Virus record (IMG/VR): IMGVR_UViG_3300025886_001957
Location: 14,463 to 78,462 of that record
Source of the DNA: a virus
Strand: one strand, 5' to 3'
Length of the DNA: 64,000 nt
In this document: positions 46,974-57,009 of the stretch, one piece after another
Numbering within the stretch: position 1 is the stretch's first letter
Layout: each line of letters begins with the position of its first letter
Program-made: the position numbers and the translations under genes
Notes under the pieces: model-generated
Seen by the model: only the letters and a program-made list of their open reading frames with translations
Databases searched by the model: none
What the model was told of the DNA's origin: nothing

Positions 46974-47669
46974 CTATAGTTTAGGGAATAATAAGTCTCT
47001 ACAAAATATTTCTACATCATTCTCAGGTAATCCAAGACTTTTCATTACAGCTGGTGTATGAGGATTCATCTGTTGATTTGTACAATAATAGTTGTGCATT
47101 TTTTTATTATACTCAACATCTAAGATATCTTGATATGTTGAATACTTGGTAATTTCTTCTAAATAATACACAGTGTTAGATAAAACAATATCAATAATTT
47201 GATCTATTTCTTCTGTAGTACTAACATTACTAGCAGAAATCATCCACGGTGTAAATATATTACTTGCCCATTCGGGTAACACTCTTTCCTTAGTTGGTGT
47301 ATAATCTCTTACACTCTCTTGAAACCCTTGAATCATTGGATGATCTATGCCGCCGCTAGTTTCGCTAAAATCATGAAATGCACCTGTAATTTTATTTTTA
47401 CCGGCAATAACGTCGAAGCCATAAATGGGTCCATTGTTATCCATGGATGGAAACATACAAACATGCATCATCCATAGACCTTTAGTATCCCTAGCATCAA
47501 CTACATCAACATGTGCTCGGCGAATGTGTTGATTAACCCATGTTCTATTAATCCAATTGTTATGATTAAATTGTGCTAATGCTGGTTCATGATATTCAGC
47601 AGCATTATCGTTGAGTAGTTTAATAATTTGATTTTGACAATCAACAAGTTTATTCCATATAAGGCTCAA
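46974..47669 (-). CDS. Ferredoxin-dependent bilin reductase (PcyA/PcyX-like)
   Basis: RRAHVDVVD, MMHVCMFP, PIYGFDVIAG, GAFHDFS, LPEWA..IF, NPHT. Confidence 0.85.
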   Translation of the reverse strand: MSLIWNKLVDCQNQIIKLLNDNAAEYHEPALAQFNHNNWINRTWVNQHIRRAHVDVVDARDTKGLWMMHVCMFPSMDNNGPIYGFDVIAGKNKITGAFHDFSETSGGIDHPMIQGFQESVRDYTPTKERVLPEWASNIFTPWMISASNVSTTEEIDQIIDIVLSNTVYYLEEITKYSTYQDILDVEYNKKMHNYYCTNQQMNPHTPAVMKSLGLPENDVEIFCRDLLFPKL

Positions 47670-48207
47670 TGTCCAACTCCATTAATTCTTGAAATAATTT
47701 AGTTGCAGATTCAAATACATAGATTGCTTCAGTAGCCATATCATCTGTGGTCTTGCTTCTTATTATTTCTTTTAATGCTGCTTTATCGCCGTCAAACTGA
47801 TACATTTGTTTTGACCCTGGTACCTTACGTGCTATCATTTGCCCTCCGCTTAGGTCTCCCATATGAAGTGTATAGATGTGTGCTGTTAACAATACAGGAT
47901 CTTGCATAATTTCTTTCATATGCAAAATATATTCATGAGTGCTAGGTAGTACAACAGGTGATTCGTTGTGATTCCATAATTCGTTAAAATCTTGTTCAAT
48001 TTTTAAATGACGACTTACTCCAGGAAGATCGTCAAATATTCCATGAGAACTTGCAAGTGTTTCTAATAATTTATATTTTTTATGTTGATTCCACAAATAT
48101 GTAGCATATAACTCAGGATTAATTTTTCCACTCATCAATACTTTAACAAATTTTTGTCTTTCTGCATTTCGATGTTGATCATGAGTTAATTCTTTTAATT
48201 TACTCAT
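47650..48207 (-). CDS. Heme oxygenase (HO1/HemO type)
   Basis: LKELTHDQHRNAE proximal His; HIYTLHMGDLSGGQMI. Confidence 0.92.
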   Translation of the reverse strand: MSKLKELTHDQHRNAERQKFVKVLMSGKINPELYATYLWNQHKKYKLLETLASSHGIFDDLPGVSRHLKIEQDFNELWNHNESPVVLPSTHEYILHMKEIMQDPVLLTAHIYTLHMGDLSGGQMIARKVPGSKQMYQFDGDKAALKEIIRSKTTDDMATEAIYVFESATKLFQELMELDIEPYME

Positions 48208-48515
48208 TCTTCTTCAATCTTTATTCGTAAAGGAAATCCATTATCTCGACTTAGTGTAGTTGCTTCAACAGATTTTTGTTCAGCAATTTCGTAACTGTAT
48301 ATACCAACTACTCCTGATCCTTTTTCATGAATTTCAAGTGTTAACGAAAGTGCTGATTCTTCTGAATGTTTAAATAATTCGGTTATTAATGATATTACAA
48401 AATCCATTGGAGTTTGCTCATCGTTAAGAAATACTACCTTATAACGACTTGGCTCGTCAATATTAATTTTAATTTTATCATTTATTTTTATATCTAAGTC
48501 AACATCTGTGGTCAT
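48204..48515 (-). CDS. clpS: Clp protease adaptor ClpS
   Basis: YKVVFLNDEQTPMDFV, IHEKG.GVVG.YSYEIAE. Confidence 0.92.
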   Translation of the reverse strand: MTTDVDLDIKINDKIKINIDEPSRYKVVFLNDEQTPMDFVISLITELFKHSEESALSLTLEIHEKGSGVVGIYSYEIAEQKSVEATTLSRDNGFPLRIKIEEE

Positions 48516-48529
48516 TTTTAAATCCTTTT

Positions 48530-48554
48530 ATTAGGGGGAGTTATTCCCCCTAAT
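48530..48554. repeat. 10-bp perfect hairpin between hsp20 and clpS
   Basis: ATTAGGGGGA-GTTAT-TCCCCCTAAT; no U-tract on either strand. Confidence 0.75.
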
Positions 48555-48569
48555 GTACTTAGTTAATAT

Positions 48570-49013
48570 TTATTTAAGTGTGCTGACAGTTGAAATATTA
48601 ATTTTTTTAGGTTGATCAGCTTCAGGAACTTCTCTAACTAAATGAATATTTAACATTCCTAATTCAAGTGTAGCATTTTCAACCTCAACATTATCGGCTA
48701 GTGTAAACTCTTTTTTAAAGTTACGACCAGCAATACCTTGATGTAAATAGTTTATACTGTTGTCATTAATCGTTGTTTTACGACCTTCAATTCTTAAAAC
48801 ATTCTTTTCTTTTAGAATATCTAAATTGTCCATATCAAATCCTGCAACAGCTAACGAAATTAAGTATTCATTTTCGTTGAGTTCTATTAAATTATATGGT
48901 GGATAATTAGTAGCTGATGTAGTTGTAAAACGTTCCATCTGATCAAATAAATTATCAAATCCAACTGAGGTTCTATGAAAATTAGGGAAGTCTATTGTTT
49001 GTAATCTTGTCAT
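48570..49013 (-). CDS. Small heat-shock protein (Hsp20/IbpA family)
   Basis: NYPPYNLI, LAVAGF, LHQGIAGRNF; ATG at 49013 has an AAGGAGA SD. Confidence 0.93.
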   Translation of the reverse strand: MTRLQTIDFPNFHRTSVGFDNLFDQMERFTTTSATNYPPYNLIELNENEYLISLAVAGFDMDNLDILKEKNVLRIEGRKTTINDNSINYLHQGIAGRNFKKEFTLADNVEVENATLELGMLNIHLVREVPEADQPKKINISTVSTLK

Positions 49014-49019
49014 GTTATT

Positions 49020-49077
49020 TCTCCTTATATAAGCAAGATATAGTGGACCCAATAAGGCGTCCACTAGTATTTATTTA
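49020..49077 (-). promoter_or_regulatory. TAAATA late-type promoter and ROSE-like thermometer leader of hsp20
   Basis: 8-bp hairpin followed by TCTTGCTT-ATAT-AAGGAGA. Confidence 0.65.
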
Positions 49078-50967
49078 AGATTCTTGGGTAAATTCTGCAT
49101 CTACAATTTCAGCATCATCTTTATTAAGATCGTTTGGTTCTTCTGGTTTTTCTCGTTCTGCCTTAATTTTGAATACAACTTCCATTGCTGTTAACAGTTC
49201 TTTGGTTTTTTCTTGCATATTATCAGTGTCATCAGTTTTAGCTGATTCTAAACAAGTTGAAGTTGCTTCTTCAATTGCAGTTTTTTCATCTTCGGACAAA
49301 TCGTCTTTTACTTCGTTATAGTCTTTTTGTAGTTGAGCAACAGTTGATTCTGTTCTATTTCTTTCATCGACAATTTTTCTGCGCTGCATATCATTTTCAG
49401 AATTTTCTTCAGCATCTTTAATCATCTGTTCAATTTCGCTCTCAGATAGTCCGCCACCAGATTCGATAGTAATATTCTGTTCTTTACCTGTGCCTTGATC
49501 CTTTGCACTTACTGAAAGAATTCCGTTAGCATCAATATCAAATGTTACCTCAATTTGTGGAACTCCTCGTGGCGCTGGTGCAATACCATCTAAGTTAAAT
49601 GTACCAAGCATTTTGTTGTCACTAATAAATTCTCTTTCACCTTGACCTACTGTAATAGTTACTGTTGGTTGACCGTCATCAGCTGTACTAAATACCTGAC
49701 TTTTCTTTGCAGGAATTGTAGTGTTTTTGTCAATAAGTTTTACCATGACACCGCCTACTGTTTCAATACCAAGCGATAGTGGTGTTACATCTAATAACAG
49801 TATATCTTTATTATCGCCAGCAAGTACTGATCCTTGTAGAGCAGCACCCATAGCAACTGCTTCGTCTGGATTTACATCCTTACGAGGTGCTTTACCAAAA
49901 AACTTTTCTACCGCAACTTGGACTGCTGGCATACGAGTTTGACCGCCAACTAATATAACTTCATCAATATCTGAGATACTAAGTTCAGCATCTTTAATTG
50001 CAACTTCGCAAGGCTTAATTGTTCTAGCAACTAAGCCTTCAACTAGACCTTCAAAAGTTGAACGTGTAATTTTTGATGTAAAGTGTTTTGGACCTGTTGT
50101 ATCGGCTGTTAGATATGGTAAGTTAATATCTGTTTGTGCTCCAGAGCTTAGTTCAACTTTGGCTTTCTCGGCAGCTTCTTTAAGACGTTGTAATGCCATG
50201 TTATCAGAAGATATATCAATTCCAGATTCTTTCTTAAATTCTGCAATTATCCAATCAACTAATACTTGATCAAAATCTTCACCACCTAGAAGTGTATCGC
50301 CATTTGTTGATAATACTTCAAACTGTTGTTCACCGTCCATTTCGTCAATTTCAATTATTGAAACGTCAAATGTTCCGCCACCTAAGTCATACACTGCAAT
50401 TTTACGTGTACCAGTAACACCTTTTTCAACACCATATGCTAATGCTGCTGCTGTTGGCTCGTTGATAATACGCAATACTTCTAAACCTGCAATCTTACCT
50501 GCATCCTTAGTTGCTTGACGTTGCGAGTCATTAAAATATGCTGGAACTGTGATAACAGCTTGTGTTACTTCCTCACCAAGATAATCTTCAGCGTTTGTTT
50601 TAATTCTACGAAGAATTTCTGAAGAAACCTGTTGTGGTGCATATTGTGATCCATTTGCTTCAATCCAAGCATCGCCGTTCTTTGCTTTTACAATTTTATA
50701 AGGACTATTCTTAATATCCTTTTTAACAGTTTTGTCGCTAAACTTACGTCCAATTAAACGCTTTACTGCGTGAATAGTGTTTGAACTATTTGTAACTGCT
50801 TGTCTTTTTGCTGCTGCTCCAACTAAAATATCGTCATCAGTGTATGCAACAATACTTGGTGTAGTACGTCCTCCATCTGCATTTTCAATAATTTTGTGAG
50901 TTGTTCCGTTGACTACTGCTAAACACGAATTAGTAGTCCCTAGGTCAATGCCTATTACTTTTGCCAT
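49075..50967 (-). CDS. dnaK: Hsp70 chaperone DnaK
   Basis: [32 protein letters not shown]; ATG at 50967 has an SD. Confidence 0.98.
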   Translation of the reverse strand: MAKVIGIDLGTTNSCLAVVNGTTHKIIENADGGRTTPSIVAYTDDDILVGAAAKRQAVTNSSNTIHAVKRLIGRKFSDKTVKKDIKNSPYKIVKAKNGDAWIEANGSQYAPQQVSSEILRRIKTNAEDYLGEEVTQAVITVPAYFNDSQRQATKDAGKIAGLEVLRIINEPTAAALAYGVEKGVTGTRKIAVYDLGGGTFDVSIIEIDEMDGEQQFEVLSTNGDTLLGGEDFDQVLVDWIIAEFKKESGIDISSDNMALQRLKEAAEKAKVELSSGAQTDINLPYLTADTTGPKHFTSKITRSTFEGLVEGLVARTIKPCEVAIKDAELSISDIDEVILVGGQTRMPAVQVAVEKFFGKAPRKDVNPDEAVAMGAALQGSVLAGDNKDILLLDVTPLSLGIETVGGVMVKLIDKNTTIPAKKSQVFSTADDGQPTVTITVGQGEREFISDNKMLGTFNLDGIAPAPRGVPQIEVTFDIDANGILSVSAKDQGTGKEQNITIESGGGLSESEIEQMIKDAEENSENDMQRRKIVDERNRTESTVAQLQKDYNEVKDDLSEDEKTAIEEATSTCLESAKTDDTDNMQEKTKELLTAMEVVFKIKAEREKPEEPNDLNKDDAEIVDAEFTQES

Positions 50968-50972
50968 TTTAT

Positions 50973-51025
50973 TCTCCTTTATAAGCAAGATATGTTGAAC
51001 CCATTACGGCGTTCAACATTATTTA
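50973..51025 (-). promoter_or_regulatory. TAAATA late-type promoter and ROSE-like thermometer leader of dnaK
   Basis: 9-bp hairpin followed by TCTTGCTT-ATA-AAGGAGA. Confidence 0.65.
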
Positions 51026-52111
51026 TCAGTTTGTATAAACTGAGTTAAATTGTTGAGTACAACGGATAAATGTTGTACATTTACTCAATTGTTTTAATTT
51101 TATTGCACCAGCGTATGTACAAGTAGATCTTAATCCTCCAAGAAGATCTTGTATTGTATATGCTACTTCACCTCTATAAGGAACAAGTACTTCACGACCT
51201 TCAGCTGAACGATAATCCTTGAGACCGCCAAAGTGTTTTGTATTTGCTGCTTCGCTACTCATACCGTAGAACTGTACAAACTTTTTTTCTTTGATAACAC
51301 GGGATTCATTTTCAAACTCATCTGTGATATATCTTTTTGTAATTACTTTGCCGCTGCCTTCGTTGTGTCCCGCAAGCATTCCTCCGAGCATAACGAAATC
51401 AGCACCACCTGCAAACGCTTTGGCAATATCGCCAGGACAAGTGCAACCACCATCAGCAATGATATGACCGCTAAGGCCGTGAGCAGCATCGGCACACTCG
51501 ATAACAGCTGATAGTTGTGGATAACCCACTCCTGTTTGAATACGAGTAGTGCAAACAGACCCGGGACCAATACCAACCTTAACAATATCTGCGCCAGCAA
51601 GAATCAATTCCTCTGTCATTTCTCCAGTAACTACGTTACCTGCTATAATCACTAATTTTGGAAACTGATCACGTACTTTACGCACCCTTGCCGCAAAGTG
51701 GTCACTGTATCCGTTTGCGATATCCATACATACATATTTTAAGTTATCGCCTACGTGGGCCTGTACATTGACTAACTTTAAAAAGTCAGCATCACTTGAG
51801 CCAATACTCATAGCAACATTAGCTGTACGCTCGGGTATATTGATATTAAAGTATTCTACAAGTTGTTCGGCTGAGTAAGTTTTAACTAAACATGTAAAGA
51901 TGTTACCTTCGGCAAGTTTGTTTGCCATTTCAAATGTACCAACACCATCCATGTTACTTGCCATAATCGGCACACCTTCGTATTCTGCTTTACTGTTTCT
52001 AAATTTAAACTTACGGTCTAGGCGTACTTGGCTACGACTTTGTAGTGTACTACGTTTTGGTCTTATAAGCACATCTTTATAGTCAAGGCGAATTTCTTGG
52101 TCGATACGCAT
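51026..52111 (-). CDS. guaC: GMP reductase
   Basis: [37 protein letters not shown]. Confidence 0.93.
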   Translation of the reverse strand: MRIDQEIRLDYKDVLIRPKRSTLQSRSQVRLDRKFKFRNSKAEYEGVPIMASNMDGVGTFEMANKLAEGNIFTCLVKTYSAEQLVEYFNINIPERTANVAMSIGSSDADFLKLVNVQAHVGDNLKYVCMDIANGYSDHFAARVRKVRDQFPKLVIIAGNVVTGEMTEELILAGADIVKVGIGPGSVCTTRIQTGVGYPQLSAVIECADAAHGLSGHIIADGGCTCPGDIAKAFAGGADFVMLGGMLAGHNEGSGKVITKRYITDEFENESRVIKEKKFVQFYGMSSEAANTKHFGGLKDYRSAEGREVLVPYRGEVAYTIQDLLGGLRSTCTYAGAIKLKQLSKCTTFIRCTQQFNSVYTN

Positions 52112-52112
52112 A

Positions 52113-52349
52113 TTAAAGCTCGTTTGATTTTTGTTTTAGTTTTTTTGCTCTGCGTATTGCAGCAAGCTTTGATAACCTTCTTTTGGTTCCTTTGGACTGA
52201 TAAAATTCTCTTTGTTTCATCTCTTGAAACAGTCCGTCATCGGCTAATTTCTTTTTTAGTTTTCGTAATGCTTTAGCAATGTCATTGTTATAAACATCGA
52301 CTTTAAAGCCTTTGCTAAATGTTGTGTCTGTTTTTAAATGTTTACTCAT
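52113..52349 (-). CDS. rpsU: 30S ribosomal protein bS21
   Basis: [16 protein letters not shown]...[16 protein letters not shown]. Confidence 0.85.
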   Translation of the reverse strand: MSKHLKTDTTFSKGFKVDVYNNDIAKALRKLKKKLADDGLFQEMKQREFYQSKGTKRRLSKLAAIRRAKKLKQKSNEL

Positions 52350-52743
52350 TATTTCCTCTATCTATTAATATATTGTTGAGCCATTGTAAGTCATAGACTT
52401 TGTTATTGCTTATTAAATTATAAGGTGTAACCGAGTCGTTTGTCAAGTAAAAAGTGTCTGGTTGTGCAATAAAATACGATGAAAATTTACGAACCGCTGG
52501 ATTACAATTATCCAAGTCAATAATAGTAGATTTTATATTTTTTTGTTGACTTATTGATAATAACCAAGGTATCTCATGTTCGTCAAACCATGTTTCAAAT
52601 AGAAATATATTCAAGTCAATGGTTAAATGATCAATTGACTGTTGTAACATTTCTTTAAGGTGTTCGGTTGGACAAATAAGTAAAATACTAAGTGTGTCAT
52701 TTAATAATACATCAGGTGGTGTAATTATTGTAATATTATTCAT
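52342..52743 (-). CDS. Hypothetical protein
   Basis: ORF track. Confidence 0.6.
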   Translation of the reverse strand: MNNITIITPPDVLLNDTLSILLICPTEHLKEMLQQSIDHLTIDLNIFLFETWFDEHEIPWLLSISQQKNIKSTIIDLDNCNPAVRKFSSYFIAQPDTFYLTNDSVTPYNLISNNKVYDLQWLNNILIDRGNNE

Positions 52744-52749
52744 ACTATT

Positions 52750-54918
52750 CTAATTCCATGGAAGTTTATCTATTTTACCTTTTATATATCTCATTTTCCA
52801 TATCTTGATACTTTGATCTGGATTGTTCTGTTTCCATTCATGTTTTTTGTTGTTATACTCATTGTCTTTTTCTAATCTAGATAGATGTTCTTGGCGTTGC
52901 TTTTCATCTTCATTATTAGGTATAAATTCTTCGTCGGCTTTAGGAATTACTGGTACCATTCCTTGGGAAGTGTCTCTTCCATTATCATTGGTTCTAAGTT
53001 GTTTATTATTAATTGTAGTTGTTTCACTGTCATTGCTGGCTTGCTCTGTGGCAACTTCTTTACTTCCTTTGTCGGATTGTTCGTTGTTGTCTGTGTTGAC
53101 ATCATCAGGTCTATTATACTGGTCATTTCTGGTATCTCCGTCATCGTATCCAGGATTATTAACAATAGCTTGCGCCCGTTGTCTTTCATAATCTGTTCGA
53201 CTATTAGTCTGATCGTGTTTTTCTTTTGCACGATACATAAATGTATATTGGCTAGCAATTAGCAGTAACACAGCTAATGGATCAAAAACTAGAATTATTA
53301 TTAAGATTACCCATCTTACTGCCTCTTCTAATATAGTTTGATCTGCTTTTTCGCCATATACAAATTCTGCGAGATATTTAACAGGACCAACTTCTGCTTC
53401 TAGCTTACGATAATCAGCTTGTAAAGCATATTTTTGTTCTGTTAGTTCGTCAATAGTATTATTAGTTGTACGTATTTTATTTTGTTGTTCAGTAACAAAT
53501 TGTTCAACATCTTCATCTTTTCCTACAGTTAAATTATCTCTTAATCGCTGTATCAAAGAATTGCTTGCTGCAATTTGTGTATCTGCACTAGTGCGTAAAT
53601 TGGCTATTGTTTGTCTAGCAGAAATAATTTTAGGATTTTCTGCTTTACGTAAATTTGCAATAGTTTCTTGTATTGTTTTTTGTTGACTACGGATATTTGG
53701 AATACTATTATCTATTATTGTTTGAATATTAGTAAGTATTTGCTTACGAGAGTTAGTAGCTTCAGTTGTAGCCTTGTTACGTATTCTGTCAATATCTACT
53801 ACTATCTGCTGTTTACGTTTTGTAATGTTATCAGTTTGTTCTCCACGTAAATTATTTACTAGTGTAGTAAGTCTTTGCCTTTCAGTGTCAAACGCAGTTT
53901 GAGCTTGTTGACGTAATTCAGTTGCTTGTGTTTGTAATTCATTAATGCGAGTTTGTTGTGCTTCAACCCATGCATCAAGAGCACGTTGAGTATTTGAACC
54001 AAATTTACCGTCACTGTTTACACCAATAATAGCTTGACCAATTTTAATTTGTTCTTTTTCATTACTTTGTAATTTATTTGTAATTACTGTTAGGTTTTCT
54101 TTTAAATCTGCTACTTGCTGTAACATTTCATCAGCTAGTGTTGTATCGATACTTAGTAAACTTATTCTTTCTTCATATTCATTTGCTTGAGTATTAATAC
54201 GTCCTAGATTTTCTTCTAGTTGTTCACTTTCGTCAATGTACGGCTGTACTTGTTCTTCAACACTTGACGCACTTACTGAATCAAGTTGAGTTCTATAATC
54301 TTTTACTACGCTTTCTAATCTAGTAATTTCGTCGTTAAAACTTGTTAATTCTTTTTCATGCGAAGTTATTTGTTTTTCAACTTTGAGTAACTCTGCTGTA
54401 ATAATGCTGTTTTGTTCAGCTATTGCAGGATCTATTCTATCATATGCTGTATCAATACGTATTTGTTCTTTGTCAATTTGTTCTTGTATAGCATCATTGC
54501 CGCTGCCTACACTTGCTTCAGCTTCGTTTATGCGTGTTTCAGATCTTGAAATAATCTGTTCTTGTCGTATTATTTCTTCGTCAATCCGGTCTATTTGAGC
54601 AATGCCTTCATCGGCAGCACTTGTTTGTTCTATATGTGCCTTTGAAAGAAATCCAAAAATACCCATACTGGTTATAAACATAAGAATAAAAACAGCTAGT
54701 GTAAGGTAAGTTTTTAACCACCAAGTTGCTTGTTTCCAGTATCGATGTAACCATACCGCGGTAATTAATTTACCTACTTCAAGTACACCTCCCATAATCA
54801 TGATAGGAATTGCAGCCGCAGCAAAAATAGCCATAAGTCCAGCTACTGAATAATAAATTGCTACTGCACTTATTGAAAGAGCAGTAACCAGTGTAAGTAT
54901 TCCTAAAAATATATTCAT
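52750..54918 (-). CDS. Multi-TM, long coiled-coil envelope protein with a putative peptidoglycan-binding motif
   Basis: Three N-terminal TMs, heptad-rich body, IGVNSDGKFGSNTQRAL, C-terminal TM. Confidence 0.65.
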   Translation of the reverse strand: MNIFLGILTLVTALSISAVAIYYSVAGLMAIFAAAAIPIMIMGGVLEVGKLITAVWLHRYWKQATWWLKTYLTLAVFILMFITSMGIFGFLSKAHIEQTSAADEGIAQIDRIDEEIIRQEQIISRSETRINEAEASVGSGNDAIQEQIDKEQIRIDTAYDRIDPAIAEQNSIITAELLKVEKQITSHEKELTSFNDEITRLESVVKDYRTQLDSVSASSVEEQVQPYIDESEQLEENLGRINTQANEYEERISLLSIDTTLADEMLQQVADLKENLTVITNKLQSNEKEQIKIGQAIIGVNSDGKFGSNTQRALDAWVEAQQTRINELQTQATELRQQAQTAFDTERQRLTTLVNNLRGEQTDNITKRKQQIVVDIDRIRNKATTEATNSRKQILTNIQTIIDNSIPNIRSQQKTIQETIANLRKAENPKIISARQTIANLRTSADTQIAASNSLIQRLRDNLTVGKDEDVEQFVTEQQNKIRTTNNTIDELTEQKYALQADYRKLEAEVGPVKYLAEFVYGEKADQTILEEAVRWVILIIILVFDPLAVLLLIASQYTFMYRAKEKHDQTNSRTDYERQRAQAIVNNPGYDDGDTRNDQYNRPDDVNTDNNEQSDKGSKEVATEQASNDSETTTINNKQLRTNDNGRDTSQGMVPVIPKADEEFIPNNEDEKQRQEHLSRLEKDNEYNNKKHEWKQNNPDQSIKIWKMRYIKGKIDKLPWN

Positions 54919-54959
54919 ATAATTATCATAATATCAAGGTACGGTGCGCATTTACTTTT

Positions 54960-55322
54960 TTAGTTGCGCCGCATAGTACTAGCTTCAATAGCTTGTTTTT
55001 TACTTGTAACGGGCATAAGATTGCTTTTATGAGTAGTTGCAATACCAATAATATAAGTCCCTGTATATTGTTGCCTTTCTTTAGCAGCGCCTGCGCCTGC
55101 AATTTTATTACTTAATTTTACACCAGTTCTATTATCTTTATAGTCTGGTATATTATTTATGTCTATTTTTTCAGTCTTACTAGTATTAGCTCCTTTAACA
55201 CCCATCTTTTTAAGCCATTTTTCGTGCTCAGTTTGGGCTTTCTGTTGTCGTGCGTTAAGTTTCTTTTTCTTAGAATTATATCTAGTTGTAGTCAAGTATG
55301 GTCCAACAAGATGCATTGACAT
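54960..55322 (-). CDS. Basic hypothetical phage protein
   Basis: ORF track. Confidence 0.65.
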   Translation of the reverse strand: MSMHLVGPYLTTTRYNSKKKKLNARQQKAQTEHEKWLKKMGVKGANTSKTEKIDINNIPDYKDNRTGVKLSNKIAGAGAAKERQQYTGTYIIGIATTHKSNLMPVTSKKQAIEASTMRRN

Positions 55323-55332
55323 ATTAAAACTC

Positions 55333-55605
55333 CTATACCATTATGCCAGGTTTTACTTTTTGTGTATTAACAACTGGCACTCGTCTTGACGGATCACCAT
55401 CTTTTTCAACACAGCCAATTTCTAACGTAGTATAAGTACCCTGGCCGTAAATGTCATCTAAGTGTATAACTAATTTGGAAGATAAGTCAACTATATTATT
55501 CTGTGTGTAATATAGGCATTGTTCTTTATTAGAAAAGTTTTTACCTTCGAGTACAAGTCTTTCGTCAGTTTCAACTATAAAAAATAAAGAATACAACATC
55601 CACAT
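55333..55605 (-). CDS. Small secreted protein with two Cys
   Basis: ORF track. Confidence 0.55.
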   Translation of the reverse strand: MWMLYSLFFIVETDERLVLEGKNFSNKEQCLYYTQNNIVDLSSKLVIHLDDIYGQGTYTTLEIGCVEKDGDPSRRVPVVNTQKVKPGIMV

Positions 55606-55612
55606 AGTAACA

Positions 55613-56062
55613 TTATCCAGAAAATGGGTCGAATTGTGTACCGTTAGTAATCAAACATGCCATGCCGTTTGAATGTACTACTAATGTCCATTTTCCGCTA
55701 TTTTGATCTACATAAAAACTAACTGGTGACTTGAATGGTTGTGCAAATTGTGGTGGGCGTCCTGGAGGGATCATATAAAATAATCCTTCAGCACTAAAAA
55801 GTTTCTTTTCATTGTTTTCATTGGTTAGTAAATTTATTACATATTCTTCAGTATCGCAGGGTATACGTTGAGCCTGCATAGACGGATTTCGTGGAATATC
55901 TGTCTTATCTTTTTCTGGTGCCAAAATTCCTGGCGGTGCTGGTGGTAGTGTTTCTTGATATATTTCAGGATCTCCAGACATATCTTGGGCTTTAACTGAT
56001 ATGCTAGCAGTACAGGATACTAGCAACAGTGTAGTAGTAAATATTAATAAGTTTTTGATCAT
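55613..56062 (-). CDS. Putative lipoprotein
   Basis: Lipobox-like LVSC; GGAG SD; promoter TTGACT-N17-TACAAT at 56113..56085. Confidence 0.6.
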   Translation of the reverse strand: MIKNLLIFTTTLLLVSCTASISVKAQDMSGDPEIYQETLPPAPPGILAPEKDKTDIPRNPSMQAQRIPCDTEEYVINLLTNENNEKKLFSAEGLFYMIPPGRPPQFAQPFKSPVSFYVDQNSGKWTLVVHSNGMACLITNGTQFDPFSG

Positions 56063-56109
56063 TTAATATACTCCTCTATTGTTAATTGTATAATATAATC
56101 ATAATAAAG

Positions 56110-56550
56110 TCAACCTAAATGATCTATTTTAACAACTCCTTCGGAAATTAAACGTTCTCGATTAGCCAAATGAGCAGCAGCTACGTCATCTTTATTTTGT
56201 CCATGATACGGCACACAATGACCTTCTTCAATCATAACTTCGGTAGCCATACGTCCATCTTCGGTTACAAAATCACCTAGTACTCTTCCAAATTTACCTT
56301 TCATGTCTTCGCCGTTTTTATTAATCTCAGTTTTAAGTATTGTTGTTTCGCCTAATAATTCTTGTAATCTTTTCTTAGCAGCTAACCCAAATTGTTTTTC
56401 TGTTAAATCTCTAGTTCTGCTTTCAGGAGTATCAATCCCCATAACTCTAACTCTTTCGTCTGATAATACAATTCCAAACCCTAAATCAATATCTACATCC
56501 ACAGTATCACCGTCTATAACTTTTATAACCTTTGCCCTATATTCATACAT
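56110..56550 (-). CDS. Thermonuclease (SNase-like)
   Basis: VIDGDTV, RVMGIDTPE, KFGRVLG. Confidence 0.9.
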   Translation of the reverse strand: MYEYRAKVIKVIDGDTVDVDIDLGFGIVLSDERVRVMGIDTPESRTRDLTEKQFGLAAKKRLQELLGETTILKTEINKNGEDMKGKFGRVLGDFVTEDGRMATEVMIEEGHCVPYHGQNKDDVAAAHLANRERLISEGVVKIDHLG

Positions 56551-56608
56551 TTTAAAACCCTCATATATATTTATCGGAATATAAAAAAAGAGACTACAAA
56601 AAACTGTT

Positions 56609-56998
56609 TTATTTTTGTAGTAATATTTTAAAGTTTAGTTGCAATCCCTTGTCACCAGCAGCAAACACCTCGGGCTTTGTGATACGAGATACTTTTGATT
56701 TGTTTTCTGGTTTTTGTTGAAACTGAGAAAATGCATAACTTATTTCAGTTTCCATAATATTTTTAAATCTAAATGCTCTATCGCATTCGCAGAGTATTTG
56801 AAAATTCCAACTTGATTGAGTTTTAGTTTTTTCGTATACTGGTTCACCAAGAATTATATCAACAAACTTAACACCTTGACGAGAGGCTCCTCTAAGTGAT
56901 TGTTTAATTATTTCTCCAACAACAGTTTTAGTCGCTAGATTAATTGCCTGTTGTTTTGCTTCTCTATGTGAAGCACTTAAAGATTTAAAAAATCCCAT
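56609..56998 (-). CDS. Hypothetical protein
   Basis: ORF track. Confidence 0.55.
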   Translation of the reverse strand: MGFFKSLSASHREAKQQAINLATKTVVGEIIKQSLRGASRQGVKFVDIILGEPVYEKTKTQSSWNFQILCECDRAFRFKNIMETEISYAFSQFQQKPENKSKVSRITKPEVFAAGDKGLQLNFKILLQK

Positions 56999-57009
56999 GT
57001 ATGTAAGCC

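Noticed and set aside
48530-48554. Rho-independent terminator after hsp20
   Set aside because: Strong hairpin but no U-tract on either strand; kept only as a hairpin
48570-50988. ORF-track starts at 49064 (hsp20) and 50988 (dnaK)
   Set aside because: Downstream ATGs at 49013 and 50967 have AAGGAGA SDs and the shared leader; the longer starts translate the leader RNA
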